Source: an uncultured Candidatus Saccharibacteria bacterium
Lineage (GTDB): Bacteria > Patescibacteriota > Saccharimonadia > Saccharimonadales > CAZWFS01
Direction: 5' to 3'
NCBI GenBank assembly: GCA_964633325.1
Contig: CAZWFS010000002.1
Span: 25,657 to 89,656, forward strand
Length of the DNA: 64,000 bases
Each line of letters begins with the position of its first letter. Position 1 is the stretch's first letter. Position numbers and translations under genes: made by a program. Positions 1-7,974 of the stretch are shown here, in pieces. Under the pieces are notes generated by a model. The model did not search any database and was not told the DNA's origin. It saw only the letters and a list, made by a program, of their open reading frames with translations.

Positions 1-466
1 CAGCAAGGCTCAAACTATCACTTCCGCTCCCTTGTGCCATAATGATAATATTTTAACACATTAGGTATGATATGCCAAGATTGTATATAGAGGTCGCTCT
101 AGTGTATTGATACCATTCACAAGGCTCTAGCAATAATTCTGTTGCCCTTTCAGGGCATGCCATGCTCTGTCGCAGGCTCTGTAAGCTCCTGATGAGTGAA
201 TGTCAAAGACACAATTGGTAGCGTGGAGATGTTTAAGCCCTCTTTCCTCATTGATGACTATTAAAGAAAAGGGTGAGTTCTCCTAAGCATTGTGTCGCAT
301 GACGATGAACTCATAAAGAGCTGGAATCGCCTGTGGGCTTTTGGGTTTCGTTTGCCGGTTCAAAAGGTACAGAGCATTTGGTACTTTGGTAAGGTACCCG
401 CCCCCTGTAGTGATAAATGATTTATTAGTTATGCACAGGAATGTGAGATATTTAACATAATCGTTA

Positions 467-495
467 TTGACAGTTTGGTTTGTAATTTATAAGAT
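467..495 (+). promoter_or_regulatory. sigma70-type promoter candidate (TTGACA, 17-nt spacer, TAAGAT)
   Basis: Hexamers and spacer read directly from the sequence. It lies in a 500-bp ORF-free region upstream of comM. Confidence 0.4.
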
Positions 496-502
496 AGGGA
501 CG

Positions 503-707
503 GTGCTTGAATACAAAAAGTACTCAGCCCACAAAAACAAAAACGACCTTCGAAACAACGGCTTCTCGCAAGCCGTTGTTCCATGAAAAATCCAAAACTC
601 AAAGCTTTTATAAAAATTACCCACTAAAAACCAAAACCATAAAAACTCTCGCATACGATCCGCCCCAGCCTTCGATAAACTCAGGCTAAAGCGGATCGTT
701 TTCGTTT
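503..707 (+). ncRNA. candidate C/A-rich small RNA or long comM leader
   Basis: Downstream of the promoter at 467-495. It has an 11-bp hairpin at 554-580, and a terminal hairpin (acgatccgc/gcggatcgt, 655-699) followed by tttcgttt. The only ORF here (507-689) is low-complexity and has no RBS. Confidence 0.25.
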
Positions 708-775
708 ATCACCCCCCTACCACTTAGATTACACACATTACAGATGCCAGACAGCAGACAAATTGCAGCGAAAGT

Positions 776-819
776 CTGTAATCTGTTCTCTGTTAAATTT
801 CTGTCATCTGTAATCTGTT
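776..819. repeat. TCTGTNN heptad tract containing the 12-nt direct repeat CTGTAATCTGTT twice
   Basis: ctgtaatctgtt occurs at 776-787 and 808-819, with the heptads tctgtaa/tctgttc/tctgtta/tctgtca between them, directly upstream of the comM start region. Confidence 0.7.
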
Positions 820-2439
820 ATGTATGTTTATCTATTAATTGCTTGCTACAATATGCTTATGAATAAGGGTGAAGAGAGCATCCAAGCCCCTGCCATAAGT
901 GCCAGAAGGCGGGACAGCGCGGTGCGTGGCTTTGTACGGAGTGTAGTAGAAAGCGGCATGAAGGGCATGGTAGTAGACATAGAGTGCCATATCTCTAATG
1001 GGCTACCTAATATAATCATCGTAGGCTTCGGTAACAAAGCCGTAGACGAGGCCAAAGAGCGGGTTCGAAGCGCGTTCACCTCTGCTAAATTGAATTTACC
1101 CCGTAAACGTATAACCTTGAACCTGGCACCAGCCGATATCCCTAAAGAAGGTGCGAGTTACGACGTGGCTATCGCTGTAGCGATACTGGCTGCCAGCGAT
1201 CAGCTCAAAATCCAGCCCAAAAAGACCGAAGCTTACATCGGTGAGTTGGGTCTGGATGGTACTATCCGGCCAGTCCGCGGAATCATCGGAAAACTCCTGG
1301 CCGGACAGAAAAAAGGTATCAAAACGTTCTATGTGCCGGCCGGCAACCTGGAGCAAGCCTTGCTGGTGCCGGGCGTAACTTTATTTGCCGCCGACAATCT
1401 GAAAGACTTGTATCTGCATTTAACTGACGCGCTGGCCCTTAAACCTATAATTTCCGACACCAAACAGGTTAAAAAGCGCTTAAAAACTCTGGCACATGAA
1501 GACTTTAAATCCATCATCGGCCAACAGCGAGCCAAGCGAGCCCTAGAGATAGCAGCCGCTGGCGCCCACAACGTGCTACTGAACGGGCCGCCTGGCACAG
1601 GCAAGAGTATGTTGGCCAAGGCCTTGCCCTCTATCCTGCCGGTGATGAGCCACCAGGAGATGCTAGAGGTTACCCATCTGCACTCCCTGGCTAGCGCCGA
1701 TTACGAAACAATAGTTACTACCCGGCCCTTCCGGGCGCCGCACCATAGCGCCAGTGATATTGCTATAATCGGTGGTGGCCAGCGTCCTCGGCCAGGCGAA
1801 ATCAGCATGAGCCATCACGGCGTACTTTTCTTTGATGAGCTGCCAGAGTTCAGCCGGGCGGCCATAGAAGCCCTAAGACAACCATTGGAAGACCGCATAA
1901 TAAGCATCTCCCGTGCCAAAGAGACCCTGACGCTGCCAGCTAACTTTATCTTGGTGGCCACCTCCAACCCTTGTCCTTGTGGTTATTACGGCACAAATAA
2001 ATCCTGCAGCTGCCTTCCCTATCAGGTGCTGAATTACCAGCGAAAGATTTCCGGCCCGGTGCTAGACCGGATAGATATGTATGTTGACGTTGATGAAGTC
2101 GTGCACGAAAAGCTGCTGACTAGCGGCAATGAAGAATCCAGCGAAGACGTCCTAGCCAGGGTGGAGAGAGCCCGCAGCACCCAGACCGAACGCTTCGGCA
2201 AAAATCACAAGACCAACAGTAACCTGACCAATACAGAGATAAAACAGCTTGCTGCCCTAACAGATGAAGCCCGTGAGTTCCTAAACGCAGCCGCCGAACG
2301 TCTGCAGATCTCCGCCCGCAACTACATGCGCAGCATCAAGGTGGCCCGGACAATAGCCGACCTGGAGGAATCGCCGGATATCAAGACGGAACATATAGCA
2401 GAAGCCCTGCAATACCGCCGCCAACCCCTTACGCTGTAG
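820..2439 (+). CDS. comM: YifB/ComM family Mg-chelatase-like AAA+ ATPase
   Basis: Walker A motif LNGPPGTGKSM, Walker B motif VLFFDELPEF, a Cys-rich CPCGYYG...CSC segment and a C-terminal Mg-chelatase-like tail. The true start is probably the internal Met near 853 (MLMNKGE). Confidence 0.9.
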   Translation: MYVYLLIACYNMLMNKGEESIQAPAISARRRDSAVRGFVRSVVESGMKGMVVDIECHISNGLPNIIIVGFGNKAVDEAKERVRSAFTSAKLNLPRKRITLNLAPADIPKEGASYDVAIAVAILAASDQLKIQPKKTEAYIGELGLDGTIRPVRGIIGKLLAGQKKGIKTFYVPAGNLEQALLVPGVTLFAADNLKDLYLHLTDALALKPIISDTKQVKKRLKTLAHEDFKSIIGQQRAKRALEIAAAGAHNVLLNGPPGTGKSMLAKALPSILPVMSHQEMLEVTHLHSLASADYETIVTTRPFRAPHHSASDIAIIGGGQRPRPGEISMSHHGVLFFDELPEFSRAAIEALRQPLEDRIISISRAKETLTLPANFILVATSNPCPCGYYGTNKSCSCLPYQVLNYQRKISGPVLDRIDMYVDVDEVVHEKLLTSGNEESSEDVLARVERARSTQTERFGKNHKTNSNLTNTEIKQLAALTDEAREFLNAAAERLQISARNYMRSIKVARTIADLEESPDIKTEHIAEALQYRRQPLTL

Positions 2440-2476
2440 GATTATTTTAGCAATGTAGTTTTGGTATGCTTGTTGC

Positions 2477-3223
2477 ATGCTTGACCGATTATTTAGTAGG
2501 GGCGGCGCAGACCGTTACGTGCTTAGTACTCCATCATATAAGCCCGAGGATGCTGTGCAGAGTATGCGCTTAGTAAACCCTGGCGCGCCACGATTAGCGG
2601 TAATGTTCCCACCGTGGCACGGGGGTAGTTGGCCTTATCAAGCACTAGTGAAAAGACTGGTGAAACAAAATTGGGCGGTCATGGACAACACATTCAGTGG
2701 CGAAATTCTTAAACCGGACGCGTCTCAAGTACTAGCCTCTTTCAATAATATCCAAGCTACAGTAACAGATGAGCTTAGAAGGGTGGTAGACGAGGAGAGA
2801 TATGAAAGTATCCATCTGATCGGGTTAAGCATTGGCAACGCGGCACTCGCCCTCGTGGCGTCTGCATATGGTGAGTTTACCGGAGCTACAATGATTACGC
2901 CGGGTAGCAGCCTTGCGGAATGCGTCTGGGACGGCATCCGCACACAGCATATCCGCGAGGGACTTGAGCATCAGTATAGTAGGACGACCCTAAATGAAGA
3001 ATGGCAGACTCTAGCGCCGATAGAATATGCACCATGTTTTACCGGCCTACCCGTAAACCTCGTCATATCTACTTCAGATGAAATTATTCCTGCTAGTTCG
3101 CAAAAAGAGTTCGCAGGCGCGCTTGCAGAAACTGGTGCCTATACCAGTGTTACTAGTACTTCTTTAGGCCACGTTGCTACTATCGCCAGATTCTGCGCTA
3201 GAGGACGGATAGGAAATTACTGA
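2477..3223 (+). CDS. alpha/beta-hydrolase fold esterase-like protein
   Basis: Nucleophile elbow G-L-S-I-G, a later Asp (STSDEII) and His (LGHVAT) in catalytic-triad order; 248 aa. Confidence 0.55.
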   Translation: MLDRLFSRGGADRYVLSTPSYKPEDAVQSMRLVNPGAPRLAVMFPPWHGGSWPYQALVKRLVKQNWAVMDNTFSGEILKPDASQVLASFNNIQATVTDELRRVVDEERYESIHLIGLSIGNAALALVASAYGEFTGATMITPGSSLAECVWDGIRTQHIREGLEHQYSRTTLNEEWQTLAPIEYAPCFTGLPVNLVISTSDEIIPASSQKEFAGALAETGAYTSVTSTSLGHVATIARFCARGRIGNY

Positions 3224-3229
3224 TTTGAT

Positions 3230-3859
3230 TTGCTAATTGTTGAACTCTGTTGGCTTACCTGTTACACTGGCGGGAGTGTTAAGGATATCAAGGAGAACGA
3301 TACTATAAATCGGAGCACTCGCCTGAACGAGGCGATTCGGGCGCCCGAACTGCGTGTTATCACAGAAGATGGCCAGCAGTTGGGGGTGTTAACAAGAAGT
3401 GAGGCGCTGCGAGCCGCCGAAGAGCGCGAGCTTGATTTGGTGGAAATATCGCCAGAAGCCAATCCGCCAGTAGCCAAGATTGTCGACTGGGGCAAGTACA
3501 ATTACCAGCGCACCAAGCAGCTGCAGAAGAACAAGCGCAACACTAAGACCTTAGACGTGAAGCAGATCCGCTTTGGGCTAAAGATAAGCGACCACGATTT
3601 AGGGGTTAAGCTTAAAAAAGTCAGCGAGTTTCTGGAAGAAGGCCATAAGGTCAAAATAGTCATCTTCTACCGCGGACGTGAACTGGCCCACCGGGATATC
3701 GGCTTCAAACTGGCAGAGCGAGTCATAAATGGCTACGAAGGCGTGGCAGTTACAGACCATAACCCCGTACTACTGGGCAAGCAACTAAATTTCGTCCTTA
3801 GGAGCACCTCTGCCACCAAAGTTGCCAACAAAAAGTCAGAGCCAGCTGAAACTAAATAG
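3230..3859 (+). CDS. infC: translation initiation factor IF-3
   Basis: IF-3 N- and C-domain sequence (INEAIRAPELRVI..., DLVEISPEANPPVAKIVDWGKY) in infC-rpmI-rplT order. The real start is probably a non-AUG codon downstream (ATC 3287 or ATA 3305, after AAGGAG at 3290-3295). Confidence 0.9.
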   Translation: MLIVELCWLTCYTGGSVKDIKENDTINRSTRLNEAIRAPELRVITEDGQQLGVLTRSEALRAAEERELDLVEISPEANPPVAKIVDWGKYNYQRTKQLQKNKRNTKTLDVKQIRFGLKISDHDLGVKLKKVSEFLEEGHKVKIVIFYRGRELAHRDIGFKLAERVINGYEGVAVTDHNPVLLGKQLNFVLRSTSATKVANKKSEPAETK

Positions 3860-3916
3860 ATAAAAACCGAGCCAAACAGTATAATGAATCTTTACAGAGA
3901 AAGTTTAGGAGCCTGA

Positions 3917-4114
3917 ATGCCAAAGCTAAAAACCCATAGCGGAACCAAAGACCGCATTAGAATCACCAAGAACGGCAAGGTCATGCGCCGACATTCTACC
4001 GGTACGCACTTTTTGGAAAAGAAAAGCGCATCGCGCAAACGCACCTTTGCTGGACTGGAAGTTATGACCGGTAAAAGTGCCAAGAACATGAAGCTAAAGC
4101 TGGGATCGAAGTAA
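3917..4114 (+). CDS. rpmI: 50S ribosomal protein L35
   Basis: MPKLKTHSGTKDRIRITKNGKVMRR is a typical L35 sequence; operon context supports it. Confidence 0.9.
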   Translation: MPKLKTHSGTKDRIRITKNGKVMRRHSTGTHFLEKKSASRKRTFAGLEVMTGKSAKNMKLKLGSK

Positions 4115-4115
4115 G

Positions 4116-4463
4116 ATGAGAGTCAAGAGAGGCGTTACAAGCCACAAACGACATAATAAGATCCGCAAAGCCACAAAAGGTATGACGCGGTCAAACCGTT
4201 CATCCATCAAGCGCGGCAAGCAGGCTGTGACCCGTTCCTTGCAGTTCGCCTATCGTGACCGCCGCAACCGCAAGCGGACATTCCGAGAACTATGGAACGC
4301 CCGCATCAACGCCGCCGCCCGCCTAAATGGCACGACTTATTCCCGTCTAATAGCCGCCCTAAAAGGCAGCAACATCACCCTGGACCGCAAAATCCTGGCC
4401 GAACTAGCTGTGAACGAACCCAAAGCCTTCACCGCCGTAGTCGAAGCCACCAGCAAACACTAA
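4116..4463 (+). CDS. rplT: 50S ribosomal protein L20
   Basis: MRVKRGVTSHKRHNKI...FAYRDRRNRKR is a typical L20 sequence, starting 1 nt after rpmI. Confidence 0.95.
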   Translation: MRVKRGVTSHKRHNKIRKATKGMTRSNRSSIKRGKQAVTRSLQFAYRDRRNRKRTFRELWNARINAAARLNGTTYSRLIAALKGSNITLDRKILAELAVNEPKAFTAVVEATSKH

Positions 4464-4817
4464 AAAGTTACCTTCGACTTTTTATAAAACGCTGCGCCCT
4501 TATCAAACCTGCTCCTGCAACACACCTATCAAAAGCACATCCAACAAAAATAGATTGCCTGAATTCTCGCCATAAACCCATAACATCTCTATCATTTTGG
4601 GTAAGATTACTATGCATTAATTCTCTTACGAGTGATAAGTTTTGCATTGCGGGCCCAAATACCGTGGACAGTGCCGCAGCTCTTATATAATTACCGCCGC
4701 CAAGGGTGCCCATGATTCCTATAAAAATACCATAAAATTGTAGTGATCGCTTTGCCTTTTCTATATCTATGTTGGCAGCCGTTGAGGCCTCTCTTAGGCC
4801 AGCCTTAACCGCACTGT

Positions 4818-5297
4818 TTATGTACCGCGCTCTACTTTTGCGTCAAATAGCCCTTCACTACCAGCAACGTCTTTGACTTGCTCTTGGGTTTCCGAATTAT
4901 TCACCTCTACTGTTACGTCTGGTTTACCAAAAGAACTTGTACCGAGCGGCCACGATATATTAGCCGAAGACAGGGGCTTATTATGCCGTTTAGATACTGC
5001 CCCAAGCGATGCTGTGCCCGATTCGTCCGTACTTCCTATTTGATAGTCATAACCGCCGACATCGCCACTAGTACCGACTATGCTAATATCACCCAACCCC
5101 GCCACAGCACGCACTCTATGGAAGGCACGGAGATTCACCAGCAGCCGCTCGTCGTCAAAACCTACTGGCAATCCTAAGTTCCCAATAGTTAATTCGTCTG
5201 CATACTGGTTTACTTCTGGCAACGGTACATTGGTCGGCAATCTCTTCACAATTGTGCAATATAACAACAAGATTGGATTTTTGCAAGACTCAACCAT
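4818..5297 (-). CDS. hypothetical protein (start uncertain)
   Basis: A 187-aa ORF with no recognisable motif. The longest form overlaps the RNase P RNA 5' end, so I moved the start to the internal Met (MVESC). Confidence 0.3.
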   Translation of the reverse strand: MVESCKNPILLLYCTIVKRLPTNVPLPEVNQYADELTIGNLGLPVGFDDERLLVNLRAFHRVRAVAGLGDISIVGTSGDVGGYDYQIGSTDESGTASLGAVSKRHNKPLSSANISWPLGTSSFGKPDVTVEVNNSETQEQVKDVAGSEGLFDAKVERGT

Positions 5298-5321
5298 ACC
5301 AGCCAATGTTATAATAGCTAT

Positions 5322-5700
5322 GCTAGGTTGTCGGCTGATCGCCTGCCCCTGAAAAAGGCGGGAGGAAAGTCCGGGCAGCATAGGGAATGGCAGTTGCTAA
5401 CGGCAACCGGGGGCAACCCTAGGGAAAGTGCCACAGAAACTATACCGCTGGTCCGCAAGGATTGGTAAGGATGAAAAGAGTGGGGTAAGAGCCCACAGTC
5501 TTTGACGGTGACGTCAGAGAGAGGTAAACCCTGCCTGCTGCAAGGAGATGGATCCTTTCGGGCCTAAAGCCCGGAAGTTTCCCGCTGAGGATTCATCATA
5601 AGAACCGCTCGATTCCACTGGCAACAGTGGGACTAGATAGATGATCAGCAAGTCCGCCTAAAAACGGATAAACAAAACCCGGCTTACAGACAACCTAGCG
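5322..5700 (+). ncRNA. rnpB: RNase P RNA, bacterial type A
   Basis: Conserved GGAGGAAAGTCCGGGC, CCACAGAAA and ACAAAACCCGGCTTA blocks. P1 pairs gctaggttgtc (5322-) with gacaacctagc (-5699). Confidence 0.85.
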
Positions 5701-5715
5701 CTAAAACCGAAAACC

Positions 5716-5745
5716 AAGCTGCTCCTAAACAGAGCAGCTTTTTTA
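5716..5745 (+). terminator. intrinsic terminator after rnpB
   Basis: aagctgctc / gagcagctt stem followed by a T-run. Confidence 0.7.
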
Positions 5746-5804
5746 ATCCCCTACTGCTTGCAAAATATCATTTCTAGATAATAATGTGATCTAAGGAGAT
5801 AGTT

Positions 5805-6053
5805 ATGGGAGAACCTAGAACTGAGCTTGATGGAGTTGCACGACAAAGCGTAGGCATGCGTGGAGCATTGGAAAATAGACCGGCCGAGGAAGTACTGAGC
5901 GCAGTAGATCTAGAAGTTTTAGCCCGTATTTACCCTCAGTGGTCACTAGTTTTCGGGGTAATAGATGGAGCTGTCAGGAAACAATATAGAAGAAGATTGG
6001 ATGATCTGACTCCAAGCGCACGTGAAGATGATGGACGTTTATCTGCGCTTTAG
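5805..6053 (+). CDS. hypothetical protein
   Basis: AAGGAG RBS 7 nt upstream of the ATG; no recognisable motif. Confidence 0.4.
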   Translation: MGEPRTELDGVARQSVGMRGALENRPAEEVLSAVDLEVLARIYPQWSLVFGVIDGAVRKQYRRRLDDLTPSAREDDGRLSAL

Positions 6054-6267
6054 TTCTGACTATGGCTTCGAGTTCGATCCCGGACTTTTGGAAATCTTTG
6101 CTTTCGAAGGCACATTTTCTGGAGACAAGAACATGCTTGGGAGCTTTACTATAACCGTCGATGGAGCAGATGGTATGACTATCGGTGATGTGAAAAGAAT
6201 TACCGAAGCTGAAGCATACTTGCAACGGACCGATTTATTCACCAACCCAGACACCCCCCAACCCTAA
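6022..6267 (+). CDS. hypothetical protein (overlaps the previous ORF by 32 nt in another frame)
   Basis: ORF only. It may be the second half of a frameshifted or recoded gene. Confidence 0.35.
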   Translation: MKMMDVYLRFSSDYGFEFDPGLLEIFAFEGTFSGDKNMLGSFTITVDGADGMTIGDVKRITEAEAYLQRTDLFTNPDTPQP

Positions 6268-6319
6268 TAAATATGCCCTTCCGGGGCATTCCATGGTCTT
6301 CCCCAGGCTCGAGAAAACC

Positions 6320-6438
6320 GGTTGGCTGACATCAGGTCAGGCCGGGTCAAGCCGAAACTCTGCCCGAGACTCCTTTGTTAAGCTGCGAGGGATGCTTGTC
6401 ATTGTTTTGGCGCGGCCTGACCTGGTATGACAGCCAGC
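6320..6438. repeat. 119-nt long-stem hairpin element
   Basis: ggttggctgacatcaggtcaggccg (6320-6344) pairs imperfectly with cggcctgacctggtatgacagccagc (6413-6438). It lies in a convergent intergenic region. Confidence 0.6.
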
Positions 6439-6549
6439 AGTGTTTTGGACTGCCTGCGGCTCTTTTGCATACTTTTGCAGCTGAAGGTAAAAGTATGTCG
6501 ACGGCCTAGCGAAACGGGGCGGTGAATGTCTTACGCACGCAACCGTAAT

Positions 6550-7350
6550 TTAGTTCTTCAAAGCCTCATCCAATGTCTCGTTCACCATCTTGTCTGCCTG
6601 AGAGTTCAGGGCGCGGGGTATGTGGGTGAATTCGATGCGCTTGAAATGGGTGGTGAGCTGCTCTATGGATTCATGTATAGGCCATAGGTCGCGGTTCTTG
6701 ACCTTGTATATTCCCTTCATCTGATTGATTACCAGCAGGCTGTCCAAATAGACATGTACTATTTCTGATTGCAGCTTCAACGCCTCTTCCAGCCCGGCCT
6801 TTAGGGCAAGGTATTCTGCTTGATTGTTGGTCGTGATACCAAGGTAAATCCCGGACTTAATTACAACAACATCATCCATATCCATTAGCACATAGCCACT
6901 GGCCGACGGCCCGGGATTCCCGCGAGAGCCACCATCGGCATAGAGCTTTATCTCTGTCACCTTCGTTGGATAGTTCGCCTCCGGCTGGAAACGCCGGGAA
7001 ATGGCGTAGGGCTCAAAGTGGAAACTTACAATCTTTACTGGGGTATCCGGCCCCACATTTTTGCCATAGAAGCGCCGCATCGTCTCATACATCTCCTTTT
7101 CGGAACCGAATTCCCCGCTCCGCTCTTTGTCCAGAGTATCCAGCTCGCCCAAGCGCTTCATAACTACGCTATCAATGTTGGCCACCCCGAATATCTCCCA
7201 GCTTGCCCGGTCCTTAGGCTCAACCTTATCCACGAACTCTACTTGGTCATTCACAGACAAATCCTTGTCGTCATTAATCCGCCACGTAGTAGTCTTCCTC
7301 CCCTCCCGCACGGCCATCGCCAGCTCATGATCCAATTTAAGCGTTTTCAT
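6550..7350 (-). CDS. ASCH-domain / RNase HI fusion protein
   Basis: The N-terminus is ASCH/PUA-like (LKLDHELAMAVREGRKTTTWRINDD). The C-terminus is RNase H type 1 (YADGGSRGNPGPSASGY...NNQAEYLAL...DSLLVINQ...NSQADKM). AGGAGG RBS present. Confidence 0.8.
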   Translation of the reverse strand: MKTLKLDHELAMAVREGRKTTTWRINDDKDLSVNDQVEFVDKVEPKDRASWEIFGVANIDSVVMKRLGELDTLDKERSGEFGSEKEMYETMRRFYGKNVGPDTPVKIVSFHFEPYAISRRFQPEANYPTKVTEIKLYADGGSRGNPGPSASGYVLMDMDDVVVIKSGIYLGITTNNQAEYLALKAGLEEALKLQSEIVHVYLDSLLVINQMKGIYKVKNRDLWPIHESIEQLTTHFKRIEFTHIPRALNSQADKMVNETLDEALKN

Positions 7351-7370
7351 CCTCCTATTCTAGCCTATAG

Positions 7371-7390
7371 CTGTTACAGATTACAGATAT
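7371..7390. repeat. reverse-complement copy of the CTGTAATCTGT motif seen at 776-819
   Basis: gttacagattacagat lies in the leader of the minus-strand ASCH/RNase H gene, so in gene sense it reads atctgtaatctgtaac. Confidence 0.6.
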
Positions 7391-7511
7391 ACGATAGAAT
7401 GTTGGAGCTAGAGGAGTCTGTATGGGGCAGATACCTTATGTAGCTTAAATCAAATTCCTGAGGGGATTCAGGAATTTGAGAGGAGGTAACTTCACCATCA
7501 CACGTTGACGA

Positions 7512-7554
7512 CGGGGTGTGGCGCAGTTGGTAGCGCGTACGGCTGGGGGCCGTG
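7512..7554 (+). pseudogene. truncated 5' copy of tRNA-Pro (positions 1-43)
   Basis: 43 nt identical to 7701-7743 (acceptor 5' strand through the anticodon stem), after which the sequences diverge. Confidence 0.8.
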
Positions 7555-7700
7555 CCTCTTTTTGCTCGCAAACGGCAAGCCTATTTGCTCGGCCAAGCAT
7601 GGAAAACATATATTGCCGCTGGCAATCTATGGGTCTTAGGTTCTGTGAACCCGCTCCCCTCACGGCTTCTACATAATTAAGTTATACTATCGTCTGTTAA

Positions 7701-7776
7701 CGGGGTGTGGCGCAGTTGGTAGCGCGTACGGCTGGGGGCCGTGAGGTCGCAGGTTCAAGTCCTGTCACCCCGACCA
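7701..7776 (+). tRNA. tRNA-Pro (anticodon GGG), CCA encoded
   Basis: Cloverleaf folded by hand: acceptor cggggtg/caccccg, anticodon loop ctGGGgg, T-arm gcagg-ttcaagt-cctgt. Confidence 0.9.
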
Positions 7777-7937
7777 GGCTAGAACTCATTTTATGTCAAA
7801 AAGCTGAAAACTAGTAGGGCGAGCGGAAGCCCGTGGGCGATACGCGAGCCTGTGCGTGAGCCCCAGCTCCGCCGCCTGTCAGCCGAAGGCTGACCGCTTG
7901 CGGTCAGAGGCGAAGATTGTAAGCTGCCATGGCTAAA
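7773..7937. repeat. left arm of the ~165-nt inverted repeat bounding the PLP-enzyme cassette
   Basis: Reverse complement of 10336-10594. The first ~95 nt are identical by eye, and the arm starts within the tRNA-Pro ACCA. Confidence 0.85.
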
Positions 7938-7974
7938 ACAATAAACCATGAATGCATAGTGTAAAATAACATGC

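Noticed and set aside
200-245. Hammerhead ribozyme, suggested by CTGATGAG.
   Set aside because: Only the one core box is present. There is no matching GAAA box or three-stem junction.
846-2478. Antisense and alternative-frame track ORFs inside comM. The same kind of shadow ORF occurs inside thrS, the GT2 gene, the pil genes, the giant paralogs and others.
   Set aside because: They lie fully within well-supported genes on the opposite strand or in another frame, have no motifs or RBS, and have skewed amino-acid composition typical of shadow ORFs.
4292-4713. ORFs 4292-4690 (+) and 4468-4713 (-) after rplT.
   Set aside because: The + ORF is an out-of-frame read through rplT. The - ORF has no RBS or motif, and its frame stays open upstream without a start. 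I cannot support either as a gene.
6330-6345. SRP RNA, suggested by caggtcaggccgg resembling the 4.5S domain IV.
   Set aside because: The partner strand is a near-perfect complement with no asymmetric loops, there is no GGAA tetraloop, and the GGAAGCAGC motif is absent.
7773-7937. A riboswitch (for example glycine or THF) in the repeated arms upstream of the two glycine-related genes.
   Set aside because: No glycine or THF consensus blocks are present. Both genes appear to have promoters within ~15 nt of the ATG, so the arms are probably not transcribed with them. Near-identity also points to recent duplication rather than convergent conservation.
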